Notes: generated by a model from the letters alone, not told the origin. DNA of 64,000 nt from Nemertoderma westbladi (GCA_032718475.1 JAUCBJ010001762.1:43876-107875); one strand, 5' to 3'. Shown: positions 24,239 through 37,190, counted from the stretch's first letter. Translations and numbers: made by a program.

Positions 24239-27200
24239 TTACCTAAAGTAAAGTGGTTTCTGCTCCCTTTGACTTGTTGTACTTGCCACACACGTCCTAC
24301 TTGTCACTTTGTCGTGTTTTGTCGAATTTCGGCGTGTAGTATAGTCAATATCGTTTGAAAAGGAATGAGTCAAAGTTGTAGTTAATAAACTACATGTACT
24401 TTGCACATCATCTTCCTCGTCACTTATATCTAGTGTGCGCACAGGCGCTCGAGTATACCACCCTATCGGCGTTCTGCAGGCGTATGCGTTTCCTGCTACG
24501 ACTACTGATGGTCTGGTTTCCCACACTTGATGTAAGTTGAATTGGTCTGTCCCGATCAGCATTGCTACTGACCTATAATTAACAGGACATTCAGGTACAC
24601 CAAGGTGTCTAAAATACTTACAGTCCTCTAAGGATTGTTCTGGCACTGGACCCAGTAGGTTACTAAAGTCCTTAGTGGCTGCAAAGGTTAAATCCTTAAA
24701 GGGTAACAAAGACCTCTCCTTTTCGCTATGTTGCGATTTCGGAAGAAGTGTGTCTAAGTTCAACTTAACTCGTGTCACTGGTATTGCACGTTGTCCATGC
24801 ATACTACTTATGGTATATCTGACGTGCTTACCTTGTTGAAGATCCGTCACGACGTCAGCTACCTTCTCGTCCACATAGCTGTGAGATGAGGCTGAATCTA
24901 AGATGGCGTAGATACGCTTGCTCCCTTTTGTGCCCGTAATCTTAACAGGAATTACGCTAAATCCCTTCAGCTGATCAGGCGTCAGAAGCGCAATCGATGG
25001 TTGTTCGTCTCCATCTAAGTATGTGTCATCGTCTTCTGATTCTTCATCTGAAGACCCGGATTGTTCTGGGAAACAATACCGAATATGCATCACAAAAGTT
25101 GGTGTTGTTTTTGACTCTCGCGTCTTGTATGCGGTGTTGCACTTCGCTGCTGCTTCTGGGTGTTCCCTGGTGAAGCGTTTCGTCGGTGTATGACTATCTG
25201 TGTGGAGCAAACCGTCATGGTTGCATCCACAGGAAGGACAGGTGTCCGTATTTGTGCAATCCTTACGGACATGTCCGTGTTGCGTACACCTCCAACAAGA
25301 ATCCAATGATCGTATCTGTAGTCGTCGTTCTTCTGAGTTTAACTCACGAAATAGTCGACATCCCCTTAACTTATGACTAGTGTGTCGCTTACCTATCCGC
25401 TCGCAGTATTGACAACCGCTGAAGTCGGCATTTAGTTGCTGCCTAGTCTGTTTGATCCCAATGGGTGCGGACACGTTATAACCGTCAGAAAATTGTCGGG
25501 TTTCCGTCGGTGTAGCGTAGGTGACCGTCCTTGTGGTTGTCGTCTGTGGTTTTTGTCGGTTGGACGATGGCAAAGTTATTCCTTCGGCTATAATGTGTTG
25601 ATCCGTGTAGTTCGAACGAGTCTCCACTACTGCCTCCCTAGATATTAATAGGTACACATCTTCCAATCTCAAAAATCCACCTGTTTCTTCTCGCTGATAC
25701 TCGATCTTTCTCCACTCCCTACGAAGTCGATGGTGTAGTCTCCCTATTATTTTTAATAGGACTGTAGGAGTGTTTCCGTAATCAAGTTGTCCAATTGACT
25801 GTAATGTCTTAATGGCGTTCTTGATTTCGTCAGCTAATTTAAGTAAGTCCACGGGTTTCGTAATGGCCCCCCCTTTACAGAGTTCCTCTATTACTGACTT
25901 GGCCATACTTACTGTACCTCCATAAATGGAAGTTAAGCGATTGTATGCTAATTCGAAGGCGTCTGGTACACCGACAAAAGTCTCTGCTAGACGTTTTGGT
26001 TCTCCCGTCAGCGTTTGAAGCAGGTAGTTAAACTTTTCCCTCGATGTAAAAGCGCATGCCGAAATTTGAGATTCGATGTAATCCACGAAGGTATGCCAAT
26101 GTTTTGAGTTTCCGGAGAACTTTGGTGGTTGCTGCGCCGGTAGTCCTTGTCTGGCTGCGAATTTAGCTATCTCTTCTGCAACATTCAATGTTTCGCGTCC
26201 CTGGGTAGCAATAGAGTTCGTTTTTTCCTGTCCAGGACGTCTTTTCTCATACTCTACATTCCCTGAAAGTACCGTCCTTTGCGGATGCTTCGGGTGTCTA
26301 GTATGTTCGAATTCCGTGTTTCTCGAACTATCAGTTTGAACTTCCTCTAAGCCTAAGCGTTCCTCGATCTGGGCCAACTTGTTAACAACTGGTCGCAGTA
26401 TATCGGCGAATTGCTGCGTACTGATCCCGTCCGTTGGTTGTAACGCTTTCTGTGTTGGTGTATTTTGTGGAGGATTATCTATAAAGGAATTAGTTGAACG
26501 CTCGCATTTGCATTCATCGGCAGCTCCTGTTCTGAACACCTCGCATTCCGGGTAATCCGATTCGCTCGAAGTACTACTATCACCTGGATACGGTGGCCGA
26601 CGTGCTCGCATCTGTTGGGTTGTCCGAATTCTAACATTCCGTTTGGAAGCATCGTCTACTGGTCTCCGTCGTTCGGTAGGCTCACAAGTCTTCCTCGAAG
26701 TCGTAGATTGCGATGTAAACTGGTTAAACGGTCGCGTATCTACTGGTCTCCGTTGTTCGGTAGGCTCACAAGTCTTCCTCGAAGTCGTAGATTGCGATGT
26801 AAACTGAATTTGTGGTCGTGTGTTGGCGTTTGAGTCTAACGGCCTTGAAGGCCTGAATACGATTGGGTTTGCGTAGTGTGTCACAGGTTTAGGTGTCGAA
26901 GGTTGACTCACCTGTTTAGTCGTCATTAATGCAGGTCCTGCCAATAAACTACTACGATCTGTAATCGGCGGGTTACTTACCTTGACTTTTGGAATAGGCG
27001 ATGACGTTGCTCTTGGTGGTACAAACTTGTCCGGAATAACATACCTATGTTCCGTCGCATCATGGATAGGAGAAATATTACTACTACCCGCAATCGAAAC
27101 GGGTTCTTTGGTCGTAATTGGTGCAAAGCATTACTTGAGGGAATCGCTGACATAAGTCTTTAACAAATTCTCTTCCTCGCTCAGGTGCTCCTACACTTCC

Positions 27201-28613
27201 TTCCTTTATTTGTTCCTGAATTTGGCGGTGCCTTACCTCTATCCGGTCTAGATCATGTCCGTCTTGAGATCTCATCGATCGATCGCGGGCTTTAAGATCC
27301 AGATCTTCCTTGGCGTTGGCTAATTCTCTCGCCTTCCTTTCGAGTTCGAAATGAAGTTTAACTTCCTTCTCGCGTTGTTCTGTTTGTTGTTGTTGCGCCT
27401 CGAACTCCGCTAGTCGTATAGCTGATTGAGCCTTTATTTGCCGTTTTTTCATTTCGGCTCTCGCTTCTGAAACTAACCTTTGTCGCTCTAACTCAGCCGC
27501 TGCTGCTGCCGCCGCCGCTTGTCGCTCTAACTCAGCCGCTGCCGCCGCTTGTCGCTCTAACTCAGCCGCTGCCGCCGCTTGTTGCTCTAACTCAGCCGCA
27601 GCCGCCGCTTATTGTGCAATATCCAACTCTTACCTTTCCATCTCGGCTGCTTCCAACTCGGCTTGTTCTTGCAGATGAGAGATTCTCGCAACATTCGCAA
27701 CGCGTAGTTTCTCTTCCTCTACTGCTGCTTGTACCATTAGCAGTTGAGTTTGTTCCTCCATCTCCTGTTGTTGTCTGTAGAGCTGCTGTTGTCGAGCAAT
27801 TTCTGACATTACCATACTCACCTCGCCAATTTCGCTGCGAATACTCACCAATGATTGATCCATTATTCCCGGTGCCAGTTCGATTTGTGCGGGTGAAGTT
27901 TCCCTCGTAGCTTCCGGCACGGTTTCCCAATCTCCAACGTCTTCGCCACACATACGTAAGTGATCTGTCAGATGTTTCAATTGTCCATCCATCCTAAACA
28001 GTTCCTGTTCTTCCTCGGGCTGTAATAACTCGTCAGAAACTGACTCACCTAGCAACTGATCCGCTTGTTCTTGTTGTATCTGTCTAACGGTCGTCTTAAA
28101 TTGAATTAGTTTCTCCCTAGCGATCATTAATTTCTCGAGGATTCTGAACTGAGTGTCCGCGTCCTGTCTTTGTCTAGCTAGATCTTGTAGACTGATTAGG
28201 TTATCTACGGACTTATGTACTTTACTTTGTACTCTAACCTGTAGGGTGTAAAACTCGAACCGAGACATCGGAGCGGTCAACTCGTCTAATATGCGTTGGC
28301 CTTCTCCAATACTCCTGGTAATATGCGCCATGTATCCTCCGACGCTTCTAACAACGCTCTCTTGGCTTCCTACTGAACTTACCATGTCCGTTTCCCTGTA
28401 TCTAGGCTGCGGAACAGTTAGAAAATCCTCGGTCCTGCCGTCGCCTCGTACTACGGCATCCGGTACTCCCGTTGGATGTACTGGTGACGCACATGGTGTA
28501 GGTTCGGTAGGCTCGCGAGTCTTCCCCTGTGGTTCTTCCGCTACTGACTTATCCGCGTCACATGAGTCATAGTCGGTAGGTGTATTCTTCGTATAGTCCT
28601 GTTTTTCACTCAT
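24239..28613 (-). pseudogene. gag: BEL/Pao Gag-protease, frameshifted (ORFs 27630-28613, 27084-27452, 24239-26944)
   Basis: PKFSGNSKHWHTF..EKFNYLLQTL capsid-like region; knuckles CWRCTQHGHVRKDC and CPSCGCNHDGLLH; protease AILDSAS; MLIGTD...TPIGW. Confidence 0.9.
27481..27610 (-). repeat. 30-bp coding tandem repeat (QAAAAAELER)n in Gag coiled coil
   Basis: TGTCGCTCTAACTCAGCCGCTGCCGCCGCT about 4 times. Confidence 0.85.
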
Positions 28614-29425
28614 TTTGGTGGTTGTAAGTTAAGTAAAATGTAAGTGTCAAAGTATCGACTTACCGTATTTATATCTAAACGGTATTAATTACAGTCATAT
28701 AAAATTAGCCTACCGGCCGATTTTATAGCAAATGGATAAAATTAGCCTAGCGGCCAATTTTACAGCAAATAAATGTCACGGAGTAAGTATATAATAAAAT
28801 TAGCCTACCGGCCAATTTTATAACAAATAAAATCGGATAACGATATACGTTATCAAAAGGTAGATTAAACACAAATAATTAACGGACTAGTTCAGCAATA
28901 AACAAAGAAATTGTACGGAATGCATAAATACTTGAGACAGTGGAACCCACAATAATTTTAACTAATACGGTAATGCCTAACTGATTTATGCAACTTTTCG
29001 AACTCACCCCCTCCAATAATTCTCCAGAAAAACAGATTCCCAGATACAAACCGGACGTGAACCTTTCCGTTTCCAGCGTTGCGGACGAAGTGCGATTTTC
29101 CCAACCAAAATTGTTGAGTTATCTATCTCCCAAACTTGCGAAACACAGTCTTGCTCTAAACACAGTCTAGAAATGAGCTCTGAATCCTGAAAAACAAAAG
29201 AGTTCGGTTTTACTTTTACGAAAATTTTCGTACTGGTACAATATGGTATTTAAACCCTTTTAAACACCGGTATTCAATTCCAAATATTTTACACGCGGTT
29301 CAAATCAAAATTTTATTTCAAAAATTAGCACTTAGCTAATCAAATACAAATTTTTTACCACAAAATACAAAATTTCAAATTATTTTAGTCCTACTGAACC
29401 GTAGTTCAGTAAAACATATTCCTAC

Positions 29426-31327
29426 TGTGCGAAGAGACGTACCTGATATCCTGCAATATCCTACTGTAAAGTTTGTGAATCAAAACATAATCCGACCTTC
29501 TCACCAAAACAGTAAACTCTAAGTAAGCGAATCTATTGCAGTATCGGTCTCTTATAACCGGTGAGGCAGAAGACAGTCTACGAACGGACAAACTTCGATA
29601 AAACAAAATCCCGCGCAGCGAATCCTAAAATCGGGCTGACTCACTGACGGACTAAGGGCGCTCGTATACTTTGCCGCGGTGTGATTTATATGGGTGAGAG
29701 AGAGAGGCGCTAGCTAGATGTCTAACTAGCGGGCAAAGTGCAGTATGGACAAAAATTATTTTATATATTTTGAGGTGTAAATAATTCCTAACGCGTGTGT
29801 GTCTTGATTCTAACAGTCAAAATCAGTTTTAGATCCTTCATATATATAATTACTGGGTCCGGTGTACATTTTACAAATATTCTAATTTTGTAGCTTGTAG
29901 GTCCAATACTCACGAATGATAAGGCTCCTTCCCCTTTTGTGTATTTCCAGGACTCAAATTCAGGCATAAGGTTATTACTACGCCCAGAATTCGGCAATTT
30001 AATTTACCAGGTCCCTAATACTAAGAAGAAATGTGTTAGTTTACTACAGTAGGCGTACAGTTACAAATAGCTAGCCTGGCGTTCTATCTAGAATTTTGGT
30101 TGCCTAGGTGGGCACGGCAACTCCCTATCAGAATGTCGGCGGGGACACGGTAGATGTTAGTATCCCTAATAGCCTCAATTTATATGCGCCTAGCAGTAAA
30201 CTGCCCTACCGCCTGAACGGTACAATCCCAATTCAGGTAAAAACACAGTAACCCTTCCTGGCCTACAAGTTCTAACGCAAATGGACACCGTTGTACTACA
30301 AACAAGCCACCGACGCACCTATACCTGGCAAATGAGTTAGGCGTACAGCTTGCTGCACCCTACTAATGGGTATGCCTTGTACTGGTGTGCCTGTGTCCTA
30401 TCTGTGTACTAGTATCTCTCTGCCTGATCTCCTCCTCCCCCCGTAGGAATATGAAGGTCTACTGCGGGTTTTTCTGAATTAAGACGGTACAGTCCCTAAA
30501 TGTAATTTTAGCGAACAGCGTGTCAGCACCTCTACCTTCGATCTTAGGTCTTACACTTAGGTAACGAGGCATCGAACGCTGTCTAACCTTTCAGGCAATG
30601 GGCGAATAACTAAGAATGGGTATTGCGGGTTGTCTCCTTCTACATCCTCCGATGTTCCCGTCTATTGCTGCGGTCCGCTGTCTAGCCTGCCATCTGTCGC
30701 TCAGTTGTGTTCACCGTGGTGAAACATAGTAAAAGCAGATGTAACAAATACTTTCTAACTTTATTACAAATAAACGATAACTAATATACAATAAATCGAA
30801 TGTAACAAGTGAATGAAGATAGAAGTTTAACAAGATTAGAAGTAACAAGTGTAACTAAATGAGATAATCTGAAGAAGTGATAACTAATGAACAAATCGCA
30901 CCTTTTATAGCAAATTAGTGCTGCTAACAATCTAGATAAATCTCGATTGTTCTATGAGTTCTACTAGGTTTTTAAAGATAATCATTGGTCCAGCAAACAC
31001 GTATCTTGCATGACATTGGTTACTATCTAATGACTGCAATCGCATTGGTTAATCTACCTTAAGCAGATACAATTAAATCGTAGCGGTTAATTCAAATGAG
31101 TTGAAACTTAGCACAAAAATTAATTCACACTTGCTAGGATTCGAACTCGATACCTACTACACGATTTTCTAACGCTTAACCGACTGAGCTACTGAACCAC
31201 TTGAATGATCGTTGTACAAATAGCTATAGTAAATGCAAATGAGGACTTAATGTAATCTTTATAGCAAATTAATTCGAACAAAATAAAATTTTGAAAATCC
31301 ACGGCTTTATGAGGATATAATTCTATA
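29426..31327 (-). repeat. 5' LTR of element B
   Basis: Direct repeat of the 3' LTR; lies upstream of gag on the minus strand. Confidence 0.92.
31115..31198 (-). ncRNA. tRNA-like Pol III unit inside the LTR (A-box, B-box, oligo-T)
   Basis: GGTTCAGTAGCTCAGTCGGTTAAGCG ... GAGTTCGAATCC ... TGAATTAATTTTT; second copy split by the MITE at 17870-17934/19417-19439. Confidence 0.65.
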
Positions 31328-32298
31328 CATATAATGAATATTTAAAAAAATAAATTATGAAAATTCGAAAAAGTGGTAATTGAGTTACTCCTATGAACTT
31401 CATTTCAAATCCATTGAATTAGCTATCACAGAAAACCTATAAATCGCGGGAATATAGATATATATATATGATAATTTCGAAACAATCAATTTTGAAAATT
31501 TCGTGTTGCACCCAATTTTGGTGTCCACACGAAAAATACCCGTTAGGCCTCTGTGAACTAAACATTAGATATATTGTACTCAACTCAACATCCAAAAAAG
31601 CGACATAGAATAGGATTTGTATAGTTTTGGGCAACTTTATGATAATCCGTGTCGTGGCCATTCCTCACATTAGTCGTAATTTTTTTCAGCGTGCAAAGAT
31701 TGCAAGAAGTTATGTTAATTGAAGGCCATTTTATATTATATTTAATAAATATATGATGTTGTGGAACATTTTGTTTAAGTATGAATAGCTACGCCAAAAA
31801 TATACGCCATAGATCATATAGATATATTGGATAGGAATACCGCTGTTGCCAACCAACTCATAAAATAAATAACACATTCTAGAATTTTGTGTATTTATTA
31901 AATTGAATAAGTGGCCTGCAGCGAACGATAATTAATTATTGCAATCTTTGAACGCCTACAGTATATCTCAGGTGTTTCTCAATGAAAGTAAGGTATTGTT
32001 ACATATTTGGAATTCTTGCAACGCAAGGTTTCCAATGATATCTACAAACCGAGGCTAATGTGAAGAATGGCGACGATAGGAGATGTGAAATTTCGCAAAA
32101 GATACTTTTTTAAAACGCTTATAAAAAAATTCATTGATAAAATCGAATATTCCTGATAAAATGACACTATATTACGGGACATGGTGTAGATTGATCCTAT
32201 TAATATATATATCTAGGTTGGAGAGGCCACAACTTTTAAGTTGTATACAATAAAAACAATTTTTATGTATGTATTCCTACAGGTGAATTAGCTGTATA

Positions 32299-35013
32299 TC
32301 GTCACCTTCAAGGCAGAACCCCCTAAGTCGATTTTTTTCGATTTTCATGTTTTTGACTTTTTGGGTAATTCGATATCGGCTTTTTCGTCTGGCAGAACCC
32401 CGAAGCTTTTCTACCAGCCATTTTTGAGTTATAAGCCAAAGACAGTTCCCCGTAACTTATGCCCACTTCGAGGCAGAACCCCCCAAGTCTATAATTGGCT
32501 TGCAAAACACCGTAAATTCAAGTATATGAAATTCAGTCCACCTGGCAAAACCCCTTAAATTAGAAATAACATCATGTAAAACCCCGTAAATCAGAAACAA
32601 TAGCCTGGCAAAACCCCGTAATTTATCATTTATACTGGTTTGTATTGCGGCCAGGACACAAATATTAATGAGGGACACAAACATTATTGACCCCCCCCCA
32701 CCCACACCCCGGCTGGTATACCCCCATATTTTCAATTTACCTCCTACCACCACCATTCATTTTACCCCCCCCCCCCCCCCCCTCCCCGATTCCTATCTCC
32801 CCCTCATGTTCATCATTTTTTTACTCCTACTCCTTCCCTTTTTACTAACAACATCGTTTATTGTTTTGGTTAGAAAAAACATCTCTGTAACCTGATCCTT
32901 TCCTTCAATTGGCAATAACATAGTTTATTGGTTTGGTCAGATTAATATGTTATTATTTATTGTTGTTATTTTATTGCTTGACAGTAATGAGAATTGTAAT
33001 ACTGTAATATATTGTATGTATATGGGTGGTAACATGAATCATACTAAGTGCGAAGGGCGATAGTGCCCATGATTAATGTTTGTGCCCTTGATTGATATCT
33101 GTCCCTCGTTTATTGTTTGTGTCCCTCATTAATGTTTGTGTATTTCATTAATGTTTGTGTCCCTCATTAATGTTTGTGTCCCTCATTAATGTTTGTGACC
33201 CTCATTAATGTTTGTGTCCCTCATTAATGTTTGTGCCCCTCATTAATGTTTGTGTCCCTCATTAATGTTTGTGTCCCTCATTAATGTTTGTGTACCTCAT
33301 TAATGTTTGTGTCCCTCATTAATGTTTGTGTACCTCATTAATGTTTGCGTCCCTCATTAATGTTTGTGTCCCTCATTAATGTTTGTATCCCTCATTAATG
33401 TTTGTGGCCTTGATTGATATCTGTCCCTCGTTTATTGTTTGTGTCCCTCATTAATGTTTGTGTCCCTCATTAATGTTTGTGTACCTCATTAAATTTTGCG
33501 TCCCTCATTAATGTTTGTGTCCCTCATTAATGTTTGTATCCCTCATTAATGTTTGTGCCCTTGATTGATATCTGTCCCTCGTTTATTGTTTGTGTCCCTC
33601 ATTAATGTTTGTGTCGCTCATTAATGTTTGTGTCCCTCATTAATATTTGTGTACCTCATTAATGTTAGTGTCCCTCAATTAATGTTTGTGTCCCTCATTA
33701 ATGTTGTATCCCTCATTAATGTTTGTGTCCCTCATTAATATTTGTGTCCCTCATTAATGTTTGTGTCCCTCATTAATGTTTGTGTCCTACATCAATGTTT
33801 ATGTCCCACATTAATGTTTGTCACCCTGATTAATGTTTGTCCCACATTAATGTTTGTGGCGCTGATAAATATCTATCCCTCATTTAATGTTTGTGGCGCT
33901 GATAAATATCTATCCCTCATTTTGTTTTTGTCCAAGTTGCTATAAGTTACTCTAGGTTGCCGGACGTTTTGGACAATTTGGTCAGCAACTAGCAACTTAA
34001 TTTGAGCAACATTAACTTTTAGTCTCCGTTATATGAGGCATCTTTAACAGCAACAAAGTTCGCGTTTACATAGAGCAACTTGATCGGCAACCTGAAATGC
34101 TTACTAAGTTGCTGATAGAGTTGCTCAGAATGTTGCCACGTACTGTAGAAAAAACAGGTCTTTAATTATTCGTCATGACGTAATGTAAGTGAACTTTACT
34201 TTAACGTAGCTGTAACCCTGTAGCTAGACTTTGTTCTTACTGTAGAGTACCACCCATGGCTATATTTTGTACTTAGAGTTCCGCTTTCTTGAATCTAAAT
34301 TTTCTTCTTATAGTTCTGCATTTGGCTACATTTTGTTCAATTTGTATTGATACATGATTCTAACTACAGTCCCGTACTTATTTTAGAAGCAATTAATACC
34401 AAAATATCAAAAACTTATGGAGCCCTTTAGAATTTTGAATTCAACAATTTCCAACATGTGCGTGTATGTTAGCTATATTGTATGTGATTATTTGTTATTA
34501 TTGCGTTTACAGGTAATACTAACACCTGATCATGTGCTAGTTAACATGTTAGATAGCACGTATTAGCTAATAACAAATGCGCACATGTATTACGTGCGCA
34601 CTACGCACTAAATAATTAAGGACGTACGATACGCCTTGGCTATTATTTGATATATTTTGCGTGTTTTTTGTAAAAATTCGGACTTATGGTGTTTTACCAA
34701 ATTGAGGATACCTTGTTTTCTAGGCAATACCCCGCAACTATCGTATAGTTACGGGATAATACCAGAAAATGGTGTTCCCCCTTGTTTTGGCAAAACACCA
34801 TAAGTCCGAATTTTTACATAAAAACCGCAATATATTTCAAAGGTTATTCTAAATCAAATTGAAAGTTTAGTTATATGAATTCTATATATATTTAGTTATC
34901 AAAAAACACAATAACAAGTAAACTGAGGCATCTCTTTAAAAAATAAACAGTTTTTATCGATTATCTCAGAACTACAAAAATCGACTTAGGGGGTTCTGCC
35001 TTGAAGGTGACGA
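32299..35013. mobile_element. Unclassified TIR element, TA TSD
   Basis: About 38-bp perfect TIR TCGTCACCTTCAAGGCAGAACCCCCTAAGTCGATTTTT at both ends, flanked by TATA; subterminal GGCARAACCCC repeats. Confidence 0.85.
33070..33920 (+). repeat. 19-bp minisatellite (TTTGTGTCCCTCATTAATG)n
   Basis: Directly visible, more than 40 units. Confidence 0.95.
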
Positions 35014-35015
35014 TA

Positions 35016-35257
35016 TAACCTTAATGATACTAGTTTTCCACCTGAAATTCTCACGACTTCTACGGAATTTCCTAATCTTGGAATGCCACATGTTTGGAAT
35101 ACTGTTATTATTTACTATGATGATTCCGAAGATACTCTTATGTATGTGTTTCGTGGAACTAATGTCTCGAGCATAAACTGGTCTAAAAAAACAGTTGATG
35201 AAGCAGCAGGAAAAAATATGTTAGATAAACTTTTCAAATTGGGAATTTGTCCACAAG
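35016..35257 (+). CDS. Host gene exon (3' part), hemopexin-like blade; first 16 nt probably at 32283-32298
   Basis: YNLNDTSFPPEILTTSTEFPNLGMP...LMYVFRGTNVSSINWSKKTVD...LGICPQ; phase-1 donor G|GTTTGG joins in frame to the exon at 47603. Confidence 0.55.
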
Positions 35258-35539
35258 GTTTGGAATATATAATTTTATTAATACTATTAGGACTGGGGTG
35301 TTTAAACAATTTGTGAGGGGATTATTCGCTCCACATTATATTATTTTCATATCAATGAAGGAAATTCTTTTTTTCTCACAAATTTTGGGTGGCACATTAA
35401 CCCACGTACTACCAATAATTTTTTGTCACACGGATTACCGAATGGGGTCCATTGGACTCCAGCGATTTTATTATTGTAACTCTATTTATTTCAGGCTATA
35501 GAGCTCTTCTTGATTCTGTGGGGTGATACACGGACTCAG

Positions 35540-35790
35540 TATACCTTTGCATATACTTATTATGAGCAATATTTTAATAGTCCGTATGTCTGTCCGTCTA
35601 TTTGTCTGTCTGTCTGGCTCAACGTTTGAACGTCAATATCTCAGCAATGGCTAGGTGAAATTTGGTGAAACTTTGTATGTGTGTAGTAGATAAAATGTTA
35701 AGAAAGGATGTAAACTTTCGATACCGATGGACCAACGGACCGACACACTGACAGACAGACGAACAGACAAGAATAATATGATAATAGACA
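35540..35790 (+). mobile_element. DINE/Helentron-like non-autonomous repeat fragment
   Basis: (GTCY)n tract followed by ATATCTC...TGAAATTTGGTGAAACTTTG. Confidence 0.4.
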
Positions 35791-35830
35791 TCAATTAGGT
35801 CGGGAATAATCTGTATCAAGAGTCACTTAA

Positions 35831-36327
35831 GGGGGGGGGGGGTATACCCCCCCTCAGGTAAAATTTTCAAATTGTTGTTTCTTTATTTCACTTCAATAAT
35901 TAACCAACCAGAACACAGACAACCAATTTTGGCGGGACGGTTTAAACTTTGAAGGTCATTTTCTCGGAATTTCATTTTTCATTTTCAAATTACTACTCCT
36001 CCGTCATTTTTTAACCAATTTTCTTCGTTTTTCAATTCGTCTTCCAATTTTCTATAAGATAACTTTTGTAGAGTCGATCACGCTGAGTCCAAAAAAGTTG
36101 GTTTCAAGAAACTTGGACCAAAATTGAGGGACTAGTAGCAATTTTAGTTAAATCTTTAATTCCGCCGCCAGCCGCTAGGGGGGGCCATAAATTTTCAAAT
36201 TTTACTATAAAGGCTATTTGGCCTTCCATACAGTGGTTGACCATGACAAAATGGCAATATTATAATTTAACACTAATTGACAGCCATTTTAAAAAAAGGT
36301 TCATGGGGGGGTATACCCCCCCCCCCC
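35831..36327. mobile_element. MITE with TTAA TSD and G-run-TATA-C-run termini (Kolobok/Sola3-like)
   Basis: TTAA|GGGG...GTATACCCC ... GGGGTATACCCC...C|TTAA. Confidence 0.65.
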
Positions 36328-36517
36328 TTAATTCAAACATAGCAATAAAGACAAAATAGTATAATTAAAACCTAAAACAAAATCAAAAACATATACAATA
36401 CAGTTACAACTAAAAACAACTGCATTAATATCTGATACAAATACTCCGTGCAAACTCTAAACTATACAAAATAACCTAAAAATAATATCGCTTATTATTG
36501 TTCATACAGTATTCCAT

Positions 36518-37190
36518 CAGCATTTATCACAAATGTTCCGAGAATGGATGGTACAAATATGTTTTTGGCATTTATGACATAATGTTCCAGTCTTTTTGTC
36601 GTTAGATCTAGGGCAGCCATCACATTGTCGCTTGGTCGCATGATTCAACTCCTGAATAGCAGCACGTTTATTATTTTATAGACGATTGAGCTTGAGCAGC
36701 AATGATTATGGCAGCCGAATTTGATGGTATGTTGTGGTGAACTTTGCGAGCAGAACTAGCGTCCTTCATAAGTTCCTCAGATACGGATAAGAGAAATGTG
36801 TGATGTGATGATCACGTTTTGTCGACTTGCTACGAACTGAAGGAAACTTCAATCGAAAAATTACAAATGCAGCAATCGCAGCAACATCAATGATCGTGAA
36901 TACTAGTTTCACCGGCCATCTTCTTGTAGGTCTGTGCACAGTGGTCATGGTAACCATTTTGTCCATGACATCCACACCATTCTTCATTACATTATTATCC
37001 AATATAATATCCGGTTTTTTATGTTCTTCCAAGGAAGAAGAATTAAGAAAGCGCATTGAAGAAATACGATTAACAATCCTTCCTTTCTTTGGTACATATG
37101 ATACAATTGTAGAATGATCTGCGAACCCAAAAAGGCTTGAACTAACCTCCCATTTACTTGCAAATTTACACGCACTTTCGCATTCACGTG
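36518..37190 (-). pseudogene. piggyBac transposase, C-terminal half
   Basis: IVSYVPKK, KPDIILDNNVMKNGVDVMDKM, RPTRRWP, IDVAAIAA; Cys-rich tail RQCDGC..LCHKCQKHICTIH..ICDKC*. Confidence 0.88.

Larger units (their letters stand above)
16191..31327 (-). mobile_element. BEL/Pao LTR retrotransposon family B with both LTRs and 5-bp TSD
   Basis: Two ~1.9-kb near-identical LTRs; CATAT at 16186-16190 and 31328-31332; gag-pro-RT-IN order on the minus strand. Confidence 0.93.

Noticed and set aside
13384-32296. Possible TA|CAG...CTG|TA DNA transposon enclosing element B
   Set aside because: End similarity is only 7 of 9 nt; the right end is better explained as a host exon start
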